A program made the translations under genes and the position numbers. A stretch of 54,185 nucleotides of DNA, taken from Nitrospirota bacterium (GTDB taxonomy: Bacteria > Nitrospirota > UBA9217). Under the pieces are notes generated by a model. It ran no database searches, was not told the DNA's origin, and saw nothing but the letters and a program-made list of their open reading frames with translations. Where the stretch lies: assembly GCA_029858565.1 (NCBI GenBank), contig JAOUEV010000018.1, positions 1 through 54,185 on the forward strand, given 5' to 3'. Below, one piece after another: positions 29,007-39,621 of this stretch. Every line of letters begins with the position of its first letter. Positions within the stretch are counted from its first letter, which is position 1.

Positions 29007-30266
29007 ATGAACTCAATCATCTCTCGTCAGGAGGTCCGGGACTCCATCGGCCGGATCGGCTCCGCGGACATCGTGGTCGGCATCCCGAGCTACAACAACG
29101 CCCGGACGATCGGCCATGTGGTCCGGGCCATCCAGGCGGGGCTGGCCAAGTATTTCCCCGACCGGAAGTGCGTACTCGTGAACTCGGACGGAGGGTCCCG
29201 CGACGGGACCATGGACGTGGTCCGGAGCACCCGCATCGAGGACCAGGCCGCGATCCTGGTGCATCACCGGACCGACTCGGTACCCGTCATAGCGACTGCC
29301 TACGAGGGGATCCCCGGAAAAGGAAGCGCCTTCAGAACGATCTTCCAGATCGCTGATGCGCTGGATGCAAAGGCCTGCGCGGTGGTCGATTCGGACCTGC
29401 GGAGCATAACGCCGGAGTGGGTGGAACTTCTCATAAAACCGGTGATCCGGGATGAGGCGGAATTCGTCGCACCTCTGTACCATCGCCACAAGTTCGACGG
29501 TACAATAACGAACAGCATCGTCTACCCCCTGACCCGGGCGCTTTACGGCAAGAGCGTGCGCCAGCCTATCGGCGGAGATTTCGGTTTTTCCGGAAAACTC
29601 GCGCGGTTCTATCTCTCGAAGGACGTATGGGAGACCGACGTGGCGCGGTTCGGCGTCGATATCTGGATGACCACCACCGCCGTCGCCAACGGGTTCAACG
29701 TCAGCCAGTCATTCCTCGGAGCCAAGATCCACGATACCAAGGACCCGGGAGCGGATCTTTCGGCCATGCTCTATCAGGTGGTGAGCGCCACCTTCGGTCT
29801 GATGGAGGACTACGCGGCAGTCTGGAAACAGGTGAAAAGCACCGAACCGGTGCGGACCTACGGCTTTCAATATGCCGTGGGCCTAGAACAGGTGAATGTG
29901 AACGTGGAGCGAATGCTCGGGATCTTCCGCGAAGGCCTCAGGAACCTTCGCGAGATATGGATCGCGGTGGTCGGCCAGGGAGATTTCGGGGAGATCGAAT
30001 TGCTCGGACGGGCGGGGAACGATGTGTTCCGATTTCCGAGAAACCTCTGGTCCAGGATCATCTATGATTACGCACTCGCCTTTCATCACAAGAAGCTGCC
30101 GGCCGAGCACCTGATCAAGTCCCTGACCCCGCTCTACCTGGGCCGTACCGCTTCGTTCGTGCTGGAGATGCGCGATGCGGACCAGGCAGGCGCGGAAGCG
30201 GAGATCGAGCGGCTGTGCGAGGAGTTCGAAAAGAACAAGGTCCATCTGCAGAACAACTGGAAGTGA
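29007..30266 (+). CDS. ggs: glucosylglycerate synthase / mannosylglycerate synthase-like glycosyltransferase
   Basis: VGIPSYNNARTI, DGGSRDGT, PGKGSA, VDSDL, YHRHKFDGTITN, RQPIGGDF and FGVDIWMT motifs; context of glycerate kinase and gpgS. Confidence 0.7.
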   Translation: MNSIISRQEVRDSIGRIGSADIVVGIPSYNNARTIGHVVRAIQAGLAKYFPDRKCVLVNSDGGSRDGTMDVVRSTRIEDQAAILVHHRTDSVPVIATAYEGIPGKGSAFRTIFQIADALDAKACAVVDSDLRSITPEWVELLIKPVIRDEAEFVAPLYHRHKFDGTITNSIVYPLTRALYGKSVRQPIGGDFGFSGKLARFYLSKDVWETDVARFGVDIWMTTTAVANGFNVSQSFLGAKIHDTKDPGADLSAMLYQVVSATFGLMEDYAAVWKQVKSTEPVRTYGFQYAVGLEQVNVNVERMLGIFREGLRNLREIWIAVVGQGDFGEIELLGRAGNDVFRFPRNLWSRIIYDYALAFHHKKLPAEHLIKSLTPLYLGRTASFVLEMRDADQAGAEAEIERLCEEFEKNKVHLQNNWK

Positions 30267-30279
30267 AGGAGGTGCGATC

Positions 30280-30978
30280 ATGCAGGATTTTCTGATGCTG
30301 GTGCTGGAACCGTTCCACGAGGTGTTTGCGGGATTCAAGCGATTCGCCCCGAACATTTTGGCGATGCTCACGATCCTGATCGGAGGCCTGATCACGGCAC
30401 GCGTCGTCCGGCTGCTGCTCCGCAAGACGCTGACGGCGCTGAACTTTGACGCCTGGAGCGACCGAATGGGCTTTACGGTCATGATGCGCAAGAGCGATGT
30501 CTGGACGAAACCCACGGAAGCCGTTACCCGCTCCGTGTTCTGGTTCCTGGTCATTTTCACCATCATGATCGGTTTGAGCGCGCTCAAGGTGCAGGCCGTT
30601 GACAACCTTGTGGCGCAGTTCTTCCTTTACCTGCCGCGTGTTTTTTCAGCAGTCCTCATTCTGGTCATCGGCTATGTGGCAGCCGGCTTTATAAGCAGAA
30701 CGGTCCTGATCTCACTGGTGAACAGGGGATATCACTACGCTAAATTGCTGGCCGAGGCGGTCCGGCTGCTGCTGGTCGTGTTGATCCTCGCCATGGCCCT
30801 GGAGCAGCTTGCCGTGGCGCCGAACATCGTGGTCGCTGCGTTCTCGATCATCTTCGGAGGCATTGTCATCGCTCTTGCCATCGCTTTCGGCGTGGGGGGC
30901 ATCGACGCTGCCCGCAGGGTCATTGAGAAGGGCGCTTCAGAAAAAGTCGAGCAGAAAGATGAAATCCAGCATCTCTAA
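30280..30978 (+). CDS. MscS-related TM-helix repeat membrane protein (CmpX-like)
   Basis: Repeated 'PNILA/LPRVF..LIL..G' helices and LAIAFGVGG; lacks the MscS beta-domain. Confidence 0.75.
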   Translation: MQDFLMLVLEPFHEVFAGFKRFAPNILAMLTILIGGLITARVVRLLLRKTLTALNFDAWSDRMGFTVMMRKSDVWTKPTEAVTRSVFWFLVIFTIMIGLSALKVQAVDNLVAQFFLYLPRVFSAVLILVIGYVAAGFISRTVLISLVNRGYHYAKLLAEAVRLLLVVLILAMALEQLAVAPNIVVAAFSIIFGGIVIALAIAFGVGGIDAARRVIEKGASEKVEQKDEIQHL

Positions 30979-30987
30979 GGAGCTTCC

Positions 30988-32196
30988 ATGTCCGACTTCT
31001 ATCAGACCGGGATCATAACAACGCTGCACAACCTGGGGAAGCCGTCCCTTGAACGGATCGAGGGAGAACTGGAACAGTTCGGGAAAACACGGCCGGTCGC
31101 ACTGGTGCTGCCGTCGCTGTACTCGGAGTTCGAAGGGCCGGCCATGCCCCGTATCGTGGAAGAGCTGGCGAAAGTGAAGTACCTTTGCGAAGTGGTGCTG
31201 GTGCTGGACAAGGCAACGGAGCGGGAGTTTCGCAAGGTCCGTGAGTTCCTTGCACCCATCAAGTCAGGTGTCAGCGTCATCCATAACGATGGAAAGCGCG
31301 TTCAGGAGATCTATGACACCTTGAAACGCAACGAACTCGACGCCGGACAGCGGGGAAAAGGCAGGTCGGCATGGCTCGCCTACGGATACATCCTGGCGAG
31401 CGGCAAGTGCGATGTGATCGCGCTGCACGACTGCGATATCGTGACCTATAGCAGGGAAATGCTTGCGCGGCTGTGCTACCCGGTGGTGAACCCTAACCTT
31501 GACTATGTGTTCTGCAAAGGGTACTACAGCCGGGTGACGAACAAAATGCATGGACGGGTGACAAGGCTCCTGATCACTCCGCTGGTCCGCTCCCTGGAAA
31601 TGCTGACCGGCCAGCACCGCTTCCTTCGGTTCCTGGACAGCTTCCGCTATCCTTTGGCAGGCGAGTTCGCCATGTCCACTGATCTCGCGCGGGTGAACCG
31701 CATTCCCTGGGACTGGGGCCTTGAGGTCGGGTCGCTTGCCGAAGTGTACCGCAACTATTCTCCCCGGCGTGTCTGCCAGGTGGACATCGCGGCGAACTAC
31801 GAGCACAAGCATCAAGCGCTGTCAGCCGGGGATGCGGAGCAGGGATTGATGAAGATGACCGTGGATATCTGCAAGTCGATCTTTCGCACGCTCGCGTCAG
31901 AGGGCGTGATCTTCTCGGACGGTCTGTTCAAGTCGCTTTCCGTGGCCTATCTCCGCATGGCCGAGGACACGATCATGAAGTACGAGGCGGACGCGGCGAT
32001 CAACGGCCTCGAATTCGACCGTCATGAGGAAGCGAACGCGGTCGAGGCCTTTACCAAGGCAATTCGACTGGCCGCGCAGGTCTATATGGAAACCCCCATG
32101 GGAACGCCGCTCATCCCCAATTGGAACCGTGTCACCTCCGCTATTCCGGGCATCCTGGAAATGCTCAAGACCGCGGTGGACAGGGACAATCAATAG
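30988..32196 (+). CDS. gpgS: glucosyl-3-phosphoglycerate synthase
   Basis: MSDFYQTG.ITTLH, LPSLYSE, GKGR, LHDCDI, KGYYSR, GRVTRL, FRYPLAGEF, DWGLEVG and YEHKHQ motifs. Confidence 0.8.
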   Translation: MSDFYQTGIITTLHNLGKPSLERIEGELEQFGKTRPVALVLPSLYSEFEGPAMPRIVEELAKVKYLCEVVLVLDKATEREFRKVREFLAPIKSGVSVIHNDGKRVQEIYDTLKRNELDAGQRGKGRSAWLAYGYILASGKCDVIALHDCDIVTYSREMLARLCYPVVNPNLDYVFCKGYYSRVTNKMHGRVTRLLITPLVRSLEMLTGQHRFLRFLDSFRYPLAGEFAMSTDLARVNRIPWDWGLEVGSLAEVYRNYSPRRVCQVDIAANYEHKHQALSAGDAEQGLMKMTVDICKSIFRTLASEGVIFSDGLFKSLSVAYLRMAEDTIMKYEADAAINGLEFDRHEEANAVEAFTKAIRLAAQVYMETPMGTPLIPNWNRVTSAIPGILEMLKTAVDRDNQ

Positions 32197-32217
32197 CGCT
32201 CGAGTGACACGAAACCG

Positions 32218-33975
32218 ATGATCTCATTACTCAAACGGATACAACAGAGCGAAAGTACGTTCCTGATATTCGCCGCTGTTCTGATCGGACTTCTGGCGGG
32301 TAGCGCGAACATCCTTTTTCGCACGACCATGCAGTTCGTGCACCGGTTCATCTTCGTAGGCGGTTCGCAGCTTCTGCATATCGCCGACGGGGGGTGGCAC
32401 CGGTTGTTTATGCCGCTGCTGCCTGTGGCGGGCGCGCTGCTGCTGCTTCCATTCATCCGGCGGTTCCCGGGAGAGGCCGGGGGATACGGTTTTCCCCGGT
32501 TCATCGAGACCGTCAATGTGAAGGGCGGGTATCTGCGCATCAGGAATATCATGCTCAAGACGATCGGACCGGCGCTCACCATCGGTTCCGGCGGGTCCGC
32601 GGGCGTGGAAGGCCCCATCGCGATAATAGGCGGGACCATCGGTTCCTCCATCGCGCGATCCTTCAAGGTGTCAGGCGGCAGGATCAAATTGCTGATCGCC
32701 GCGGGAGCCGCGGGCGGGGTGGCGGCAACCTTCAACGCGCCAATCGCCGGGGTCATGTTCGCCAGCGAGATCGTGCTTCTCGGCGACTACGAGATATCCT
32801 CCTTCGCAGCCATTGTCATTTCCTCAGGCATCGCAACGGTGATGTCCCGCTGGTACTACGGCGCGACGCCGGCCTTCACCGTGCCGCAGTACGATCTCCG
32901 GAGCGTTGCTGAACTGCCGCTCTATCTCCTGCTGGGCATCATCATCGGGCTTACCGCGGTCCTCACGATCCGCATGTTCTACGGGATCAAGGACCGCATC
33001 GACGCGTCGGGATTCCATCCGCTGCTCAAACCGGTGGCCGGCGCATTCATTGTCGGCTGCATCGGCATCGTCCTTCCCCAGGTGATGGGCAACGGGTACG
33101 AGTTCATCGATGAAGCGCTTCACGAGCGGCCCGCTTTCTTCCTGCTGGCCGCCCTTGTGCTGTTCAAGATCATCGCAACGTCGGTCACTCTCGGTTCAGG
33201 CGGCGCCGGCGGCATGTTCGCTCCGTCGCTCTTCATCGGCGCCATGACCGGCGGCAGTTTCGGTGTGCTTGTCCACGGGCTTTTCCCGTCCTTTACCGCC
33301 ACGCCGGGCGCCTATGCGACCGTGGGTATCGGAGCGTTCCTGGCTGCCGTGACCCACGCTCCTCTCACCGGCATCTTCCTGCTCTTCGAAATGACCGGGA
33401 ACTACCAGATCATCGTACCGCTGATGATCACCGCGATCATCGGAACGGTCGTGGCAAAAGGCCTGCAGAAGGATTCCATCGATACTGTGGAGTTGACACG
33501 CAAAGGCGTCCATATCCATGAAGGCCGCGAGGTATCGGTCATGAGCAGGCTCCATGTCGCTGATGTCATGGTCCCGGGAGCTCTGTCGGTACCCAGGTCC
33601 ACGACACTGAAGGAGTTGATAGACATCATGATCGAGCGCGACAGGTTCTATCTTCCCGTGGTCGATGAGCAGGGACGCTTGAGCGGGATCGTGTCCATAC
33701 AGGATGTGCGTCCGGTGCTGCTCGATGACCGCGTGGTCCGGATCGTGAACGCCGGGGACATAGCGACCGAATCGGTGATCACGGTCACGCCCCGGGATGA
33801 TCTGAATAGTGCCATGGGAAAATTCTCGATCAAGGACATTGACGAGATCCCTGTGGTTGACCACACTGACGGACTCCGGGTAATCGGCATGCTCAAACGG
33901 CGTGACGTCATTGCTGCTTACAATAGAGCAGTGCTCACCCGTGAGAGCGGCAGGGATGCCTGGGACAAACGCTGA
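32218..33975 (+). CDS. CLC family anion channel/transporter with tandem CBS domains
   Basis: GSAGVEGP, FNAPIAG and GGMFAP motifs; two C-terminal CBS domains. Confidence 0.92.
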   Translation: MISLLKRIQQSESTFLIFAAVLIGLLAGSANILFRTTMQFVHRFIFVGGSQLLHIADGGWHRLFMPLLPVAGALLLLPFIRRFPGEAGGYGFPRFIETVNVKGGYLRIRNIMLKTIGPALTIGSGGSAGVEGPIAIIGGTIGSSIARSFKVSGGRIKLLIAAGAAGGVAATFNAPIAGVMFASEIVLLGDYEISSFAAIVISSGIATVMSRWYYGATPAFTVPQYDLRSVAELPLYLLLGIIIGLTAVLTIRMFYGIKDRIDASGFHPLLKPVAGAFIVGCIGIVLPQVMGNGYEFIDEALHERPAFFLLAALVLFKIIATSVTLGSGGAGGMFAPSLFIGAMTGGSFGVLVHGLFPSFTATPGAYATVGIGAFLAAVTHAPLTGIFLLFEMTGNYQIIVPLMITAIIGTVVAKGLQKDSIDTVELTRKGVHIHEGREVSVMSRLHVADVMVPGALSVPRSTTLKELIDIMIERDRFYLPVVDEQGRLSGIVSIQDVRPVLLDDRVVRIVNAGDIATESVITVTPRDDLNSAMGKFSIKDIDEIPVVDHTDGLRVIGMLKRRDVIAAYNRAVLTRESGRDAWDKR

Positions 33976-34255
33976 GCAGAGAGCAGATTCATCTTTCTTC
34001 CCCAAAAGACCCCTTCCGCAAATACATCCTCTTACTTCTCACGTTTTTTTATAATTCAGGCCATCGCATTTTCCACAAAAGTTAATGATAATGGAAACTA
34101 TTTTTCATAAAAAGAGCAATTTAGCCGTATAGTGTTACTGTTGGTAGGGATGCATTTATCCATTATATGGTTAACTAATTGAATTTAATAGTAAAAACAC
34201 GTGACACTTGATTTGCTATTAAAATTCAATGGTTAGAGGTTGTATGAAATGATCG

Positions 34256-36124
34256 ATGTACAAGGCGTCGGTGGAGAACCCCGATAAGTTCTGGGGCGAG
34301 CAGGCGGAGAAGAACCTCACGTGGTTCAAGAAGTGGGACAAGGTCCTGGATTACGATTTTCACAAACCCTACATCAAGTGGTTCCAGGGCGGCAAGCTGA
34401 ACGCCTCGGTCCAATGCCTGGACCGGTTCGTGAACACGCCGACCCGGAACAAAGCAGCCATCATCTGGGAGGCCGACGGCGGGACCTACCGCACCTTCAC
34501 GTACCAGCAGCTGTACATGGAAGTGAACCGCTTCGCCAACGTGCTGAAGAAAAAAGGCGTGAAAAAAGGCGATCGGGTGGTGATCTACCTTCCCATGATC
34601 CCGGAGCTGGCCATTTCCATGCTTGCCTGCGCCCGGATCGGCGCGATCCACTGCATCGTGTTCGGCGGATTCAGCGCCAAGGCCCTGATGGACCGGATCC
34701 AGGACGCCCAGGCATCGATGCTGATCACGGCCGACGAAGGCGTGCGCGGCGGCAGGTTCGTGCCCTTGAAGGCCAATGCCGACGAGGCCCTGAACGAGTG
34801 CCCCACGATCAAGAACGCTGTTATCGTCCGCCGCGCAGGGACCGGCAAGGTCAACATGGAGCCCGGCCGCGACACCTGGTGGGACGAGGAAATGAACGCA
34901 GGAGACATCTCGAACTTCTGCGAGCCCGAGAAGATGGACGCCGAGGACCCGCTCTTCATCCTCTATACGTCCGGATCGACCGGCAAGCCCAAGGGCGTGC
35001 TGCATACCACCGCGGGGTACATGCTCTACACCAGCATGACCTTCAAGTACATCTTCGACTACCATGACGAAGACATCCACTTTTGCACCGCCGACATCGG
35101 CTGGGTCACGGGCCACAGCTACATCGTCTACGGCCCCCTTGCCACCGGCGCCACGAGCCTCATGTTCGAAGGCATCCCGAGCTACCCCAACCCGGGCCGG
35201 TTCTGGGACATTGTGGACAAGCACAAGGTGAACATCTTCTACACCGCGCCGACCGCCATCCGCGCGCTGATGAAGGAAGGGGAGAAGTGGGTCACCAACC
35301 ACGACCTCTCAAGCCTCAAGGTCCTGGGCTCTGTTGGCGAGCCCATCAACCCCGAAGCCTGGATGTGGTACCACAAGAACGTGGGCCGCGAGAAGCTCCC
35401 GATCGTTGACACCTGGTGGCAGACCGAGACCGGCGGGATACTCATCACCCCGCTGCCCGGCGCCATGACCACCAAGCCCGGCTCGGCAACAAGGCCCTTC
35501 TTCGGAGTTGTCCCGAAAGTGCTCAAGGACGACGGCACCCCTGCCGGCGTGAACGAAGGCGGCAAACTCGTGATCGAGAAGCCCTGGCCCGGCATGCTGC
35601 GCGGCACCTACGGGGACCCCGAGAACAAGCGCATCAAGGAAGTTTACTTCTCCACCTACGCAGGCAAGTACTTCACCGGCGACGGCGCCCGGGTCGACGA
35701 GGACGGGGACTACTGGCTCATGGGTCGTGTGGACGACGTGATCAACGTCTCCGGCCACCGGCTCGGCACTGCCGAGGTCGAATCCGCCCTGGTCTCCCAT
35801 CCCGCAGTGGCCGAAGCCGCGGTCGTGGGCTATCCCCATGACATCAAGGGCGAAGGCATCTACGTGTACGTCACGCTCAAAGAGGGCCAGACCCCGAGCG
35901 ACGACATGAAGAAGATCCTGACCGGCCATGTGCGGAGCGTGATCGGCCCGATCGCGACCCCGGACAAGCTCCAGTTCGCGCCGGGACTGCCGAAGACCCG
36001 GAGCGGCAAGATCATGCGCCGCATCCTGCGGAAGATCGCCCACAACGAGCTCGACGCCCTGGGTGACACCTCGACCCTTGCTGATCCGTCAGTGGTGGAC
36101 TCGCTGGTCAAGGGCAAGCTATAA
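34256..36124 (+). CDS. acs: acetyl-CoA synthetase (AMP-forming), apparently short at the N-terminus
   Basis: [29 protein letters not shown] and [12 protein letters not shown] motifs. Confidence 0.95.
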   Translation: MYKASVENPDKFWGEQAEKNLTWFKKWDKVLDYDFHKPYIKWFQGGKLNASVQCLDRFVNTPTRNKAAIIWEADGGTYRTFTYQQLYMEVNRFANVLKKKGVKKGDRVVIYLPMIPELAISMLACARIGAIHCIVFGGFSAKALMDRIQDAQASMLITADEGVRGGRFVPLKANADEALNECPTIKNAVIVRRAGTGKVNMEPGRDTWWDEEMNAGDISNFCEPEKMDAEDPLFILYTSGSTGKPKGVLHTTAGYMLYTSMTFKYIFDYHDEDIHFCTADIGWVTGHSYIVYGPLATGATSLMFEGIPSYPNPGRFWDIVDKHKVNIFYTAPTAIRALMKEGEKWVTNHDLSSLKVLGSVGEPINPEAWMWYHKNVGREKLPIVDTWWQTETGGILITPLPGAMTTKPGSATRPFFGVVPKVLKDDGTPAGVNEGGKLVIEKPWPGMLRGTYGDPENKRIKEVYFSTYAGKYFTGDGARVDEDGDYWLMGRVDDVINVSGHRLGTAEVESALVSHPAVAEAAVVGYPHDIKGEGIYVYVTLKEGQTPSDDMKKILTGHVRSVIGPIATPDKLQFAPGLPKTRSGKIMRRILRKIAHNELDALGDTSTLADPSVVDSLVKGKL

Positions 36125-36232
36125 GCAGCAAGCAGTAAGTAATAAGCGATAAGCAAAAAGACGATCGCTGAAAGCTAAAGAACTCTCTCCTCGGGGAGAG
36201 GGGGCAGAAAACCGCTTCCTCTCCCTATTTTT
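36124..36232 (+). terminator. acs terminator within the second copy of the 103-bp repeat
   Basis: GGGAGAGGGGGC-AGAAAACC-GCTTCCTCTCCC followed by TATTTTT. Confidence 0.75.
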
Positions 36233-36258
36233 AATTTTAATAAAGCCATAAAAAAAAC

Positions 36259-36287
36259 TTGCAAGACCAATCCGTTTTAGGTATAGT
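36259..36287 (+). promoter_or_regulatory. putative sigma70 promoter of the fdh operon
   Basis: TTGCAA-N17-TATAGT. Confidence 0.55.
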
Positions 36288-36495
36288 TACTTTTGGTAAT
36301 GTTTTGTGGGGATTGCAATATACCTGTGCATCCCATCTCCGGCCGTTCTTTCCATTATTATGAGGTCAATGTGGTCCACATCGCTCTTCATAATCTTCTG
36401 GTATACTTGGTCTCATTCGTTGGATTTTTTCCTCCTGCTTTCACAAAACATTCCAGCTTCCATATAATAAAATCCAGTCGCATAAGGAGGGTACC

Positions 36496-39400
36496 ATGGG
36501 GGTATCAAGGAGAGATTTTCTAAAGATCTCCGGAAGTACCTTGCTCCTGGGACCGCTTGCCGCGCCCGCGAAAGCTGACGCGCAAACGCCCGAGAGCAAG
36601 ACCAAGGGGGCAACGGAAACACGCACCATCTGTCCCTATTGTTCTGTAGGCTGCGGTATCATCGTTCACACCAAGGACGGCAAGGTGGTGAACACCGAGG
36701 GCGATCCCGAGCATCCGATCAACGAGGGAACGCTCTGCCCCAAGGGCGCATCGATCATGCAGCTGGTGCAGAACGACACCCGCGTCCTGAAGCCCATGTA
36801 TCGGGCCCCGGGCGCGGACAGCTTCAAGGAAGTGGAGTGGGAGTGGGCCCTGGACAAGATCGCGAAGAACGTGAAGGAGTCCCGCGACAAGTCCTTCAAG
36901 CTCACTTCGAAATCAAAGGTCAAGGAAAAACAGCCTGACGGCACGGACAAAGAGGTCGAGAAAGAATTCACGGTCAACAGGACCGACGCCATTGCCCATG
37001 TGGGCAGTGCGGCCCTGGACAACGAGGAGTGCTATCTGCTCCAGAAGATGCTCCGGTCCTGGGGACTGGTATATATAGAACACCAGGCGCGCATTTGACA
37101 CTCCGCAACTGTAGCGGCTCTGGGAGAGTCGTTCGGGCGCGGTGCAATGACGAATCACTGGATCGATTTCAAGAATGCCGACGTTATCCTCGTCATGGGC
37201 GCCAATCCGGCGTCGAACCACCCCATTTCCATGAAATGGGTGATGCGTGCAAAGGAGAAGGGCGCGAAGCTCATCGTGGTGGACCCCCGGTTCACCCAGA
37301 CCGCTTCCAAGGCGGACCTGTACGCGCCCATGCGCTCGGGAACGGACATTGCCTTCCTGGGCGGGATGGTCAAGTACATAACGGACAACAACCTCTACTT
37401 CAAAGACTACGTCGTCAACTACACGAATGCCGCGTTCCTCGTGAACCCGGATTTCAAGGGCCCCGGCGATCTGAACGGCCTGTTCTCGGGGTATGACGAA
37501 AAGACGCGGAAGTACGACAAGAAGACCTGGGGCTACCAGATGGGCGAGGACGGGATCCCGAAAAAGGACCCGTCGCTGAAAAGCCCGAACTGCGTGTTCC
37601 AGCTTCTGAAAAAGCACTATGCCCGCTACACCCTGGACAAGGTTTCGTCCATCACGGGAACGCCCAAGGACAAGCTTGAAGCAGTTTACAAGCTTTATGG
37701 TTCCACGGGCAGACCGAACAAGGCCGGCACCGAGCTCTACGCCATGGGATGGACCCAGCACACCGTCGGCACCCAGAACATCCGGACCATGGCGATCATC
37801 CAGCTCCTGCTCGGCAATATCGGCATTGCCGGCGGCGGGATCAACGCCTTGCGCGGGGAATCGAACGTTCAGGGGTCCACGGACCACGGGATCCTGTTCC
37901 ATCTCCTGCCGGGGTACAACGCGACGCCGTCTGCGGCGCTCGCGGACCTGAACGCCTACATCGAGAAGTTCACGCCAAAGACCAAGGACCCGCGCAGCGT
38001 GAACTGGTGGTCCAACAGGAACAAGTACATTACGAGCTATCTGAAGGCCATCTACGGCAAGGCCGCCACCAAGGAGAACGATTTCGGGTACGCCTGGCTG
38101 CCGAAGCTCGATGAAGGCCAGAACGCCTCCTGGCTCATGCTCTTCGACAAGATGAGCAAAGGCCAGTTCGACGGCTTCTTTGCATGGGGTCAGAACCCGG
38201 CCTGTTCCGGCGCGAATGCGAACAAGGTCCGGAAAGCCATGTCCAAGCTTAAGTGGATGGTGAACGTCAATCTTTTCGACAACGAGACGGCGTCCTTCTG
38301 GAAGGGACCGGGCATGAATCCCAAGGAGATCCAGACCGAGGTGTTCATGCTGCCCTGCGTCTCGTCGATCGAGAAGGAAGGCAGCATCACCAACTCGGGC
38401 CGGCTCGCCCAGTGGCGGTACAAGGCCATCGAGCCGCTCGGCCAGTCCAAGCCCGATGCGGAGATCATGAACGAGCTGTTCCTGAGGGTGCGGGAGATCT
38501 ACCGGAAGGAAGGCGGCAAGTTCCCGGCGCCGATCCTGAACACGACCTGGAACTACGGCAAGAAGATCAATATCCACGACGTTGCCAAGGAGATCAACGG
38601 ATACTACCTCGAGGATGTGTACGACAAGAAGGCGAACCCGCCGAAGCTGCTTGGTAAGAAAGGCGAACTCTGCGCCTCCTTTGTCCATCTTCAGGCAGAC
38701 GGCACCACATCCTCCGGCAACTGGCTTTTCAGCCAGAGCTACACGCAGAAAGAAGGCAAGGTCATCAATATGATGGCACGCCGCGGCAAGGATGATCCGA
38801 CAGGTCTGGGTCTCTATTCCGGCTGGGCATGGGCATGGCCGGTGAACCGGCGCATTATCTACAACCGTGCGTCGGTTGATCTGAAGGGCAATCCCTGGGA
38901 CCCGAAACGCGCGGTCGTCAAATGGGACCCGGTCAAGGAAGACCCTGCGACCAAGAAGCCCGGCGTCTGGGTCGGGGATGTGCCGGACGGTCCCGCGCCG
39001 CCCATGGGAGATGCGGGCAAATATCCTTTCATCATGAAGAACGACGGTGTTGCATCGATCTACGGCCCGGGACTGAACGACGGGCCCTTCCCGGAACATT
39101 ACGAGGCGCTCGAGTGTCCTCTCGAGGAGAACATCCTTTCCAAGCAGCGGATCAACCCGACGATCAAGATGTTCAACGACAAGGATGACGCGTTCTTCTC
39201 CTGCGACACGCGCTATCCCTTTGTCGCCACGACCTACCGCGTGACCGAGCACTGGCAGACCGGTGTGATGACCCGCCATACTCCCTGGCTCCTGGAGATG
39301 CAGCCGCAGCAATTCGTGGAAATGAGCAGGGAACTGGCCGCGGAGAAGAGCATCAGGAGCGGCGACCGGGTGAAGATCAGGTCCGGACGCGGAGAGATCT

Positions 39401-39612
39401 CGGCCGTTGCCGTGGTCACCTCGCGGTTCAAGCCCTTCAAGATCGGCGGCCAGACCGTGCACCAGGTCGGCATGCCCTGGTGTTTCGGATGGCAGTATCC
39501 GGGCGACGCGAAGTCCGGGGACAGCGCGAACCTGCTGACACCCACCATCGGGGACGCGAACACCATGATCCCCGAATCCAAGGCGTTCATGGTGAACGTC
39601 GAGAAAGCATAG
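36496..39612 (+). CDS. fdnG: formate dehydrogenase alpha subunit, selenocysteine-containing (UGA at 37096-37098), Tat-exported
   Basis: SRRDFLK Tat motif; CPYCSVGC Fe-S motif; EHQARI-U-HSATV continues in frame into ORF 37147-39612; SECIS-like hairpin at 37113-37133. Confidence 0.95.
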
Positions 39613-39621
39613 GAGGCGCGT

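Noticed and set aside
34244-34258. In-frame ATG-AAA-TGA-TCG before acs as a fourth selenocysteine codon
   Set aside because: The position does not correspond to a conserved Cys in Acs, readthrough would add only 4 residues, and there is no convincing SECIS hairpin.
36913-39462. 849-aa minus-strand ORF, and other long antisense ORFs such as 4469-6076, 11642-12874, 22175-23560 and 49524-51134
   Set aside because: These are shadow ORFs opposite well-supported genes, expected from GC-rich codon bias, and they show no protein motifs.
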